Part shown: piece after piece, positions 1 to 10,500 of the stretch
How the letters are laid out: every line of letters begins with the position of its first letter
Position numbering within the stretch: position 1 is the stretch's first letter
Source: Phoronis australis
Taxonomy: Eukaryota; Animalia; Phoronida
DNA: 64,000 bases
Reading direction: 5' to 3'
Assembly (NCBI GenBank): GCA_002633005.1
Contig: NMRA01000094.1
Location: 584,597 to 648,596 of the forward strand
The notes under the pieces: generated by a model
What the model was told of the DNA's origin: nothing
Databases searched by the model: none
Seen by the model: the letters and a program-made list of their open reading frames with translations, nothing else
Made by a program: the position numbers and the translations under genes

Positions 1-360
1 CTTGGCGCGTTGAATTTTGTAATTAGATGCTGAATGACGTCAATATGAATATGTGTCTTAAAACGCTACGCAATATTGCCACAAATCAAACTTTAATAAT
101 TCTTCTAAAACTAATGATTGTCTAAAGGTATTCAATAAACACAATATACATTCATTGACTGGTCATTACAAGCTTCAAGGTGTAAGGCATATCAAATCCA
201 AATAGAAAAAATATTCTATAAAGTGTTCGTCTCACCCACTAGTTAAAAGAAGTACAGGCTCTATTTCCTTTTTTTGGTTATACTAATTGTCGTACCTCGC
301 TACATACAGACAATCTAAATCCGTGGTCATGACCATAACATAGAATAGTGCACTAAATAT

Positions 361-1181
361 CCTCCTCCTCAAGTGCCCTGCCGGTAGGCGTTGGCGACCA
401 TGGTTTTCCATCTGTCTCTCTCTGTCTCTCTGTCTCTCTGTCTCTCCCTCTCCCNNNNNNNNNNNNNNNNNNNNNNNNNNNNNNNNNNNNNNNNNNNNNN
501 NNNNNNNNNNNNNNNNNNNNNNNNNNNNNNNNNNNNNNNNNNNNNNNNNNNNNNNNNNNNNNNNNNNNNNNNNNNNNNNNNNNNNNNNNNNNNNNNNNNN
601 NNNNNNNNNNNNNNNNNNNNNNNNNNNNNNNNNNNNNNNNNNNNNNNNNNNNNNNNNNNNNNNNNNNNNNNNNNNNNNNNNNNNNNNNNNNNNNNNNNNN
701 NNNNNNNNNNNNNNNNNNNNNNNNNNNNNNNNNNNNNNNNNNNNNNNNNNNNNNNNNNNNNNNNNNNNNNNNNNNNNNNNNNNNNNNNNNNNNNNTCTCT
801 CTCTCTCTCTCTCCCGTTGCTCCAATGGTGACAGTATTTCCCGGTGTTTGCGGCCACTTCGACATTCCATCCAGTAGTTTTGTTCTTCGGCATCCTCGAC
901 TTCTCTTCCCGTCTAGTTTACCAGTTGTTACCAGGTGTTCTAGTCCACCTTTCCTCATGATATGACCAAAGAACTTTGCTTGTCTTCTTCTGATGTTGTT
1001 CAGCAGTGTTCGGTTTGTGTCTACCTCTCTCAGTACCTCCTCGTTTGTCTTTTTAACCGTCTATGGTATTCTCAGCATTCTTCTTAAGAACCACATCTCT
1101 GCTGCCTCCAGGTGTTTTATGGCTTGAGAGTTCATTGTCCATGTTTCACAGGCATAAAGTAGTATTGGTTCTATACAGCAA
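361..1181 (-). mobile_element. 5'-truncated RTE-clade non-LTR retrotransposon (C-terminal ORF remnant), interrupted by a (GA)n/(GACA)n expansion and an assembly gap
   Basis: Minus-strand translation EPILLYACETWTMN..LEAAEMWFLRRMLRIP*..FFGHIMRKGGLEHLVTTGKLDGKRSRG, resuming after the gap as DRWKTMVANAYRQGT* with a (GAG)n tail. These are typical RTE C-terminal motifs. Confidence 0.85.
410..812. repeat. (TC)n/(TCTG)n microsatellite spanning assembly gap 455-795
   Basis: tctgtctctc... on the left of the N run and tctctctc on the right. Confidence 0.9.
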
Positions 1182-2516
1182 GATATTGCCGCAATTATGC
1201 AAATAAGTTCATATATATGGGATAAGTAGGTTATCATACATACATACATAGGAATTCTACTACGATATCCCACCTCGAGTTCATTTCATTTGGGAATGCC
1301 CCAACTGCATGCATATGTATATAGGTTATCCCACATACATGAGATGCCTGCATGTAGGTATATACACTACACGATCAGTGTGTATTTTGCTTTAGTTGTT
1401 ACAATTAAGTTAATTGTAAATGAAATGTCAAATGGTGGACCTTGATCTTCCACTAAACTCTCAATAAATGAAATCACAATATTGGACGTCCCGCATAAAT
1501 ATTGAATTAAGTACATGTGTACCTTTGCATTCATGTGTTGTTGTACTGGTGTGCTCCTGTAATTAAGAGTGACTCCATATAAAAACCAACAGGTAGGGTC
1601 TATACCCAAAAGCACAGACTTTTGAGACATAGCACATGAGTTTGGTTTGGTGAGATGTAGAAAAATCTCGCTTTTTAAGAATTTTCTCTTTTTATGAGGG
1701 ACCTGTACCTCCATTTTGCAACAAAATTGGGCGCCGAAGGACATGCTTAAATGCATTTTACTAGCATGCATTGTAAGCAGATAACAAATGAGTGATACGG
1801 TTTGGAAGGACTATGATTGAATAATTTATTGGCTCAACTTTTCAGATTTGTATGCTTTGATTTTTGTGGCAATAACGGCTGTTTTGAAAGTTTTCACTGA
1901 ACCCAATTTTCGGCCAAATTTGGCGCTCTGTAGCAGCTATGTTACACCTTTCCAAAAACAAGACAGTTTGTCCAGCCATTCCAAACCTGTTCATAATCTA
2001 AAATAAAAAATCTTGCCTCTCCCGTAGTTTTTGTTTACGAGGCATCCATCATACGAACTGCACTTGGTCCTATTTGCCTATTCTCAGTTGCCTCAACCAC
2101 CAATAGAAGGCTCTTGGAACATGTAATTAGCTTGCAAAAAACGAAGTAAATAGTTCGTATCATAGAGAAAAAGCAGACAACATTACTAATTACCATTCCC
2201 TGAAAACCACATTGGTGATTATTGCTTGGGGCAAAAAAATAATGTGTATGGCCCTCTGTTCAGTGCAAAAAATTCGTCAACTCGGTCAAAACGTATTGTA
2301 ATTTTGCGTTCATATTGCAATGTCCCCGCAGGTTGCCACAAATTGTAGTCTTTACCGGTCGCCAGAAATTTGGCGTTTGTAGCCCTCCCTCAAGGCTAAT
2401 AGAAAACAATTCATGAAAGGCAATTTATTAATGACTCAGTTCATAACATTAGGTCAACAAAGTTCAACACAAGTAACGATCTGGACTTAAAACATACATG
2501 TACCGAGTGACTGCCT

Positions 2517-2844
2517 CTGTGGCGTAGCAAGGGGGGGGGGTGGTCAGGTGCCGCCGGGCACAGTTGTTGTCCGAGGGGGAACACCAGGCTTAACTGGGAG
2601 GTTACACAGCTGCCGACCGGGGTGTAGTGGGGAGCGTGACACTTGAGGTGTCGAAGGGGGCAGGCAGTGGCGGACTTAGAGGGGGGCCAAGAGGGCCATG
2701 CCCCTCCTAAAATTCTCCCAGCTTCTATTTGGCAATTGGGGGTGCGAATGTCTGACAGGCAGAATCCTGCCTAATACTCGGCCCTGTCCCCCAACTCAAA
2801 ATCCTGGATCCGCACCTAGCAAGGAAGTGCTCGCTACGCCACTG
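2517..2844. mobile_element. hAT-like MITE with 8-bp TSD, containing a nested MITE
   Basis: Termini ctgtggcgtagc ... gctacgccactg; flanks gactgcct / gacagact (6/8 identical). Confidence 0.65.
2665..2818. mobile_element. ~155-bp CAG(T/G)GGCGGAT MITE family, copy 1 (5-bp TSD)
   Basis: Homologous to 8342-8491, 16808-16929 and 35634-35792; flanks gcagg/gcaag. Confidence 0.75.
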
Positions 2845-3099
2845 GACAGACTATTGTCATTTCAGGTGTTCAGGGTACAGACACTTTCTGTTTGAGTGAA
2901 AACCGGCACCAAATTCTCTTCGGTGAACATCGCATATGATTTGAATCCACGACTGGTCCTGCTCAGTCACAAATTTATCTGCCGTCTCTAGCTTGTAGGA
3001 GCTCATCCTCTGGCACTCGTCTTGATTTATAAGGTACTTTATAGCATTTCAGATTTTCTGAAGTGTCTTTAGCATGGCTGACTAAAACCATAAAAGTTT

Positions 3100-5555
3100 T
3101 GTGATCACATCCGGCACTACCCGGCGTACAAACCGTGTAGCCGCCGTGATAGTCCGGTGCGATTTGTTGCTTTTGGAATGCCTGACAAGTCACTAAGTTT
3201 CCGAGGGGCCTTACACGGCAGTTTTGGTAATTTCAAAACTGCCGTGTTCGTCCCTGACGGTCCTGGGATATGGCGACATCTGGGGAGGTATCCGGTACGT
3301 GTAGCAGCCGTGTAGGGTACGGTGGCAGCAGTAGCTCTGCCTTGATTGCCCGTGCGAAATATTGACAGTCCTGGTAGAACTTAAGACCCCTGATCATTAA
3401 GAATCATGAGGACGAGGTACGGTTTTCCCCTGAACCCTGCACGGCGGCTACAGGGAACAAGCCGGTTCAGATAGATTTTCAGGGCTACTATCAAGCACCG
3501 ACAGGGAACTACTTCGCACGAAGTCAAAGAGAGTGGAAACAGGACGAATACACGGACTACCAAGGAAGAACAGAATACCCCGTATAAAGAATGATATACA
3601 CTATGCAAACACGTGAGATGGAGGAACTCTAAATAGGGGCTGCGGATGATGCTTGTGAACACCTTTTACGCACCGGGAGGCCCATTTTGGTAGTAGGCAC
3701 TTTGACGTATTAGTCCGGGTCGCTGCCATGTAGATCCGGGATGGTTCGTGTAGACGCCATGTTGGTCCGTGTTCATCCCGGGATGTCCGTGTTTCTACCG
3801 TGTTGGTCCTTCGTTTTGCTGTGATTGTCCGAGACGGTCCGTGGTCACCCGTGTGGGCCCCGTATTGATTCTGTGTAGCTGCCGTGTTTGCCCAGGTGCG
3901 TCTGTGTAGCTTCCCCGTATATTGCCACAGGCATGACAGGGGTGTTGGACTACCGTCGACGCTCGAAAACTTGAAAATGACCACGGATCTCTTTCCCGGA
4001 CTGCCGTGTACATCCCTGCTTATGTGAGACTGGCGCTTTACTACAGACCTATAGACTTTCCATCCAACGTTGGTAGTACGTTTATTCTTTACGGTATGTG
4101 TCGATAGTCTTCTGCTTTCCTGAGCAACATCTGAAGGTATGCTCAGGGGACGTACAAGGGAACGCTGGCATTTGTTGGTGGCATTTGGTGAAAGCATGTC
4201 TCGCCCATGGTAGAAGTGAATACGGGCATCTCTAATTGTTTGACAACTCTTCTGCCAATGTAGAGGTAAGAAGGATATTCATGGAGTTTCTCAAATCTCA
4301 CCGTGTGTTGCACCAGACTCTCTCAATACCTGGTTGAGCTCTGGAATGTTCGTTTGTAAGTACATGAGGGCAGTTAACTTTCTATAGAAGGTTGTGTCGC
4401 AACCTGAGTGACGCATGAATTTAGAGAAGTTCACTGTACTTTATGGGGCCTAATATCTATACGTTTATGACCAAAATACTGCCCTTCCACTTCACCATGT
4501 ATCTTGGTGTCAAGTGGCATCAGGATGTCAGTGTTGTCATCGGGATTCTAATGGTGTTGGAGCCGTCTTCCACCGCTTTCATTATCTACCTATAAATTGT
4601 GACGCCTGTCTTGTATCGACCTGCTCGATGTTGTGTGGAAGGGGATAGTTGCATACGTGTATAATGTTGCTGAGCAGAGCTGTGATTTTGGATTTTCTTA
4701 GAATAGTTTCTGGGCAAAGACAGAATGCTTGAGGTTAGCAGAGTTTCCTTACCTTTCCTCGCCTTGTCCTCTTGTGGTTCTTTGCGCAGGATCAGCGGTC
4801 ATATCGTTTAAACATGATTTTCTTCGAAGCAGGATGACAAGCCCCCAGTCGCGTGCTGAAGCTTGTAGCCAAATCTCCTGCAGTTCCAGAGTTATTCCAG
4901 ACCACCTGTTAAGGAAGCTGGCCAGCATCAACCGAATTTATCAGCTGGTACTGCAGCCTTGTCATCTGAGTGTGGACACATTAGACTTTGTGTAGATCTT
5001 TCTTGACATTCCTGTGAAGATGCTCCATTCTCACCCATACTCTTGTCAAGCTTGAAATAAACTTCTTGTCAGAAGTATGTGGTAGAATTTTTGTCGCAAT
5101 GTATTACCACCTCTTCGAACCTTTGTCGTAGTTTACGTTGGCGTTATTGCGCCTATTCCTTGACCGTTATTTATGAATGGATTTACGCAGTAAATTGTCG
5201 TGTTTAAAGCAACATGTATGGACCAAGACCTGGCAAAGCGTTGTGGAGATTTAGCCAGAATTGAAACGCGAGAGACAGCAGTATTGACTTAAAAAGTCTG
5301 TCCACCGTGCCTCCCGGTAGGGTGGTTGTTAACCACCTGATCTTCATAAGTTTTGGTCCCCTGAGTAGAAACCGATTAACAACACAGCTGTTGTAAGATT
5401 GTATGTCCACATAGAATTGGCTCCAGCCTTTCCGTAGACTACACTGGAGACGCTGAAACGATGACCATTTCCAAGCCAGATGCTTTCTTAAGAATGCCGA
5501 TACAACCCTGGAAACTCATGGCCAAAGATTTTTGGCACTCCGTAGTCTCCCGTAA
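3100..5555. mobile_element. Heavily decayed DNA-transposon-like region, possibly PIF/Harbinger
   Basis: Dense CCGT(G)/(C)ACGG motifs at 3100-4050. Scattered + strand peptides (SRPW, TFYR, FLSEVC) loosely recall Harbinger transposase. No intact ORF. Confidence 0.25.
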
Positions 5556-5559
5556 CCAA

Positions 5560-6250
5560 GAAACGGAAAATAGTCGCACAAATAAAAAAAGTTCATGTTT
5601 ATTCAACGTTTCGTCTATTCATAAGCCATCATCGGGATAGTTTATACAATAAGACAGCAAGTGTCGAATACCAGTCAAGTCACATCCATGTAGTGAAATG
5701 AGCCGTAGCAAGTGATACGGGGAATAGTAAGTATGTCATCACCATAGTTGCAGGGTCACTGAGCTCTGCATGTTATTGAGAGAATCAGTAGCATGCTGGT
5801 CCTGAATGGCCAATGAGTCCTTGATGTACAGTAATTCCTTTATAGGTTCTTTACAATTAATACTAACTGAATTGGCTTCGTGGTTGTTGCTAACACAATG
5901 CCTATAGGTGTTACTTTTGTCGGAGATGTTATGTTCTTTCAGCCTGGCACAGAGGCGTCTCTGTGTGAGTTCATGGAATTCCTTGCAGTTGTCACATTCA
6001 ACCTTATAAACAACATTGCTTATAATGATTGTCAAGACATGAACATCCACGAGACGGCTCATTTTCAAAACTTAGAAACGGATAAAAAAACTCAGCAACG
6101 TGGGACAGACAAGGTTTTACAGTCTTGCATGGATGAGTACTGAACATGAAGTTCTGACTAACATTGACGTTTCATCTCCAATTGATAATTTGGTTAGTGC
6201 GAAGTACAGAAATTGTCCATTGTAAGCCGAACAAATACATTCATAAGGGC
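5560..6250 (-). mobile_element. Penelope-like element fragment: GIY-YIG endonuclease C-terminus plus 3' pseudo-LTR
   Basis: ORF 5739-6068 reads SNVVYKVECDNC..TQRRLCARLKEH..SNTYRHC..LLYIKDSLAIQ..SLN. Segment 5560-5740 recurs at 34516-34700. Confidence 0.8.
5600..5640 (-). ncRNA. Degenerate minimal hammerhead ribozyme in the Penelope pLTR
   Basis: Minus strand tatc-CCGATGA-tggcttatgaatagac-GAAAC-GTT-gaata; core CUGAUGA carries one change. Confidence 0.5.
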
Positions 6251-6922
6251 CAACGCAGACAATAAGCTGTGAGTACAGATATCTGAGCCGACAGCTCACG
6301 TCAAGGGTGAATTAACTACAAGTAGAGTTCTTTCAATTGTTGTCGCATTTTCACGCTTTTGGGTGTGCTGTCAGATCAGCTTTTATGATTCACTTGAAAC
6401 AAGCAGGTCACCTCGTGTCCTCGTTTCTTATCGTTTGCAGTGGCCTAATGTTTGTTTTACTCTTTCTTATTCCGTCGAAGAAATCTTCCCAATATTGATT
6501 TCCTTCGAAAGGTGAAAGATACACTTTGTTGCTCTTGCTTTGAGATAATTTATTGTAGAAATTTCTTCTAATAATCCAGAAAATTAATCATTAAACGGCA
6601 GAAATTTTCAAAAGTCGATGTTGACTGCTTCCTTCCTCTGTGTGACCTGTGACGTAGTGGGGATCATAAACGCGGAAAGTTTAAATGCACCATCGTCTCT
6701 GTTAATGACATCGTATTCTTTTCAAATACAGGTGGATTTCCTTGTTCTTTTTCTAGTGTCACTTTCACTATCAGTTATTTCTGCATTTTTTAGTCAATCA
6801 AATGATTGTTGTTTTTTCTTTTGTTGCGCGATCAGTGATAGCTGATTTCTTAAATTCACTGAGAGAGGCTTTCCCGCCCGATAAAATTTTGTATCGACCT
6901 TCGTACGTCATGTGTTGTATTC

Positions 6923-7304
6923 TATGAAGCGCCAAAGGATTCACTTTTTTGCGTTGAAATGTGCTTAATCTACGCGTACTTTTGCTTAATCTACGTGTAT
7001 TTTTGCTTTTTGCTTAATCTAAGCGAACTTTTGCTTAATTTACGCGTGCTTTTGCTTAATCTGCGTGTACTTTTAATCTACGCGTACTTTTGTTAATCTA
7101 CGTGTAGTTTTAGTTCTTAAACGATCATCGTTCTGCTCTTTATCAATTAATGTGAGAGCACGAGCGTGATAGAACTATATGAACTGATTAAAAGTACGCG
7201 TAGGTTAAGCAAAAGTAAGCATAGATTAAGCAAAAGTACGCGTAGATTAAGCACATTTCAACGCATAGAAAAGTACTCGTTTAAGAACTCTTTGGCGCTT
7301 CATA
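6923..7304. mobile_element. Foldback MITE with inverted arrays of a 21-bp repeat
   Basis: Termini tatgaagcgccaaag ... ctttggcgcttcata; about 7 copies of tgcttaatctacgcgtacttt on the left and about 3 inverted copies on the right. Confidence 0.8.
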
Positions 7305-7402
7305 TTATACAGTTCCACTTAGTACGTAAAGAAACAGAAACAAGAACCCATTAACGCTTTGAATAATTCAAACTATTGAGGGATTTTCTAACTCCATTTC
7401 AG

Positions 7403-7522
7403 GTGTATCTAGTACTCTGGGCTCTGGAGTATACGTCATCTTAGGTCAAGTTGCCAAAAACACAGCTGGACCGTCAACAGTAATATGTGTCGTTATCGCC
7501 GCCATAGCCTGTGTATTCTCCG
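7403..7522 (+). CDS. CAT transporter exon (TM1-TM2)
   Basis: tttcag|GTGTATCT...TTCTCCG|gtaggt; (G)[39 protein letters not shown]. Confidence 0.93.
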
Positions 7523-10500
7523 GTAGGTATTGTTATAGTCGCCACAGCCTAATATTCTCCGGCAGCAGGAAGGAAAACAATATTGGGGTGCACAAACAAA
7601 TTTTACTTCGCCAAACGCTTGCTCCCCGTGGTTCCAAATTTCAGATTTCTTCCTTTTGACACTACAACCGCCCTTACCCGTGGTTGTCGCGAGTTTTACA
7701 CCCCTGTCATAGGCGGGTACAAACGCAACGTAAGAAATTCTAATCGCACGCTGTGAAATCCGGAGAACCACTGGAAGAAGTAGATTTAGCATCACCAACT
7801 CGGAATTGAGTAGACGAAGCATACTCCCTAAACCTTCGGTTATTATTTCGTCACTTTCGGTGAAAAAATGCCTAAGGTCAAGACTCACTTTATTAGGGCC
7901 CAGTTTGGGGAAAGTTCACTGTATCATGATCATGTTTTTGGAGTCCGCGGTACACTACCCTAATAGCAATGTTTCAAAATCCCTTGTTGAAACACCTGGA
8001 CACAAGTTTCTGGTGACTGCTCCCGCGGGAGGCAAATGATAGACAATTAAAAGGATTTCATTACCTTTGACAAATTCATCAAAACACCAATTTCTTTGAG
8101 GTCATTTCAGATTGACTAAAATCACTTTGTTGGGGGTCGGATGATATAACTTTCCCGAAAGTTGAGTCATCATTTAAGCTTAGCTTCTAATTGTCAAAAA
8201 ATCGTGGATGAATCACTCGATTTTCATAGATATATGAAAATGTAAATCCGAAAGCAATGAATCTTTGACATGTTGCGCCGTCACATACCATAACAACTAC
8301 AGGCACACACCGCGTCTTTTGTCTTAATTGGAGGCTATTAACAGAAGCGGATTTAAGGGGGCCATGCACCCCCTTAAAATTTCCTCAGATTCCATTTGGC
8401 AGTTCGGGGGTGTGAATGTCTGACGGGCAATATCCTAGCTAATACTCTGCCTTGCACATCCCTCCCAATTCAAAATCTGCATCCGCTCCTGGTTAAGTTG
8501 CAAGACGTTTTTGGAATCCGTATATCATTGTATGGAATTTTTAGCCAATGTCCACTTGCAACAAATATCTAACAATTTATTGGTAACCGAATTCAAGCAT
8601 GTATGACCATGGTGTGAAGGATTTTTAAAATGGGATGCGCCTGTATCCGGATCATATCACTTTCAATCATGGTTTTACTCAAATGGCTAGCCTACAAGTG
8701 CAAACCTCTAAATTTAGAGGACCTTTCTTGTAATAAATATTGGGATGTTGTTTTATTTAAAATGCAGTCTGGGAAATTATAGACTTTTCAAAGGTAAATG
8801 ATAATACAATCAATTCTGTGCTGTTTTTCTCTTTGTCAAATGCACAGTGCATGAATGTCTGTAGTTTGTTATATTAGTTATGCAGTCATAAATTGTGCTG
8901 ATGTTGTTCTGCGCATGTTCCGCCGTACAGTGAATATTGTTGGATAGATTCCGTATAATTGTAAAAATATTTAGGGAGCATGTATACTTGAAGTAAAATT
9001 ATAAGCAAATAATGTTTGAAAAAAATTTCAAATTTCGGGGAGTAGGGAATTGTTAATATTTCTCACAGCTTTGTTTTGGAGCATTTTAATACAGGGCATT
9101 CTTCAGATGTCCAAATTATTATTTCAGGTGTGAGTGAAGATAGAATGAAATAACTGAGTGGTAAAACAATGTTCGTCGTTTAATTTTGAAATATTATTTG
9201 CGGTTTTCGTGAGTGAACTTTCCGGAATAGAGACAGCTCAGGTCGATCTCTTAACTAACTTCTTGTTTCCAGCCAGGCTTTTTCTTCGTTCATGTGTCAC
9301 TCACTGTTTTTAGAGGCGTGTCTAACGGCAACTTTGATTTGTGTACGCCAGCTAATGTCGCCTGGCATGTTTTTGAATGTTTGTACCACTCTTTTCCGTT
9401 TCGTTACTTCTTCACGGTTTTACTTATTTTACAATGTAAAATTAAAATGTGTCGCATTCTTTAACACAAGCTTTTAACAGCTTATTATTTAAAATGACTT
9501 ATTCTTATTAAAATGACCTAGGCAAAAATTGAATTTCAGGCCTCAAAAGTGTGGCTCCCCTATATTAATATAGAGGAGCCCCGCCAGAAGGCGGGTGATG
9601 AGCGAGGCTGTCAGATTTAATATAGGTGAGCCCCGCCTGAAGGCGGCCAATGAGTGAGGCCCCCTATCTCTTCCAAATGTTCGACGGTAGTTGATTTACA
9701 TTTGCATCATCGTGGATCGGTTTAACTGTGTGTTCCAATCATCAAGCCGTCTACGTTGATTAGCCATAATTGGTGAAATTCCATCCCTAAGTCCTCTTCA
9801 AAATCCTAAGGGAGCGCGTTATGCAAGTAATCTTCCAATCGTTCATAACGACAAGAACAGGCTGACAGGCCTGTCCGGATTACTTGGCCGCTACGCTGTA
9901 TTCAATAATATATACTTGCCGTGCATGTGTCAGACTACACTTTCAGGATCGTCGTGGTTAATATTTTATGTCAATATTATTGTATCATCGCCGTTACACC
10001 AGCACATGCACAATAATGACACCGGGAAACTTATAGTAAACAGACGTGAATGCGCCATGCGTCATTGTTTAGTTGTCTCTCCCAATACAGAAGTGTCTGA
10101 CACTACAAAAACTATGCCAACCATACTACCATGCGCTTATATCAGAAATAATTCAAATAAGATGTTTGCTCGACTGTTTCGCATGTAGGCGCATATGCCT
10201 ATGCTTCACTTATAAATGCAGGGAGGTCATACCGTGTAGATAAGCCTGCTTTTGAGGGGAAGGCAACCTTTTTTAGGTCATTTTAGTAAAAATATGGTTC
10301 GCTGATTATCCCAGATATATGCTTCAGTTAATTACGGCTCGTTGTAATTTTATAAATTAGTCGTGAAGTGACGTTTAGGTAGTTAGGAATTTCCCGCCAT
10401 TTCGTTTCTAGTGCGTTCAAGTTACTGTGAGGATCTGTTCTACTGTTGTTTTTGTGCTGGTTATGCGCCCACATATTTATATGTGGACGCATTATGCCGT

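Noticed and set aside
283-958. Long ORFs spanning the N run (also 52856-53366)
   Set aside because: Artefacts of translating assembly gaps.
1-7402. First coding exon of the CAT gene
   Set aside because: No segment encoding the expected L.R.L...DL..LG N-terminus with a phase-1 donor was found; it presumably lies upstream of the window.
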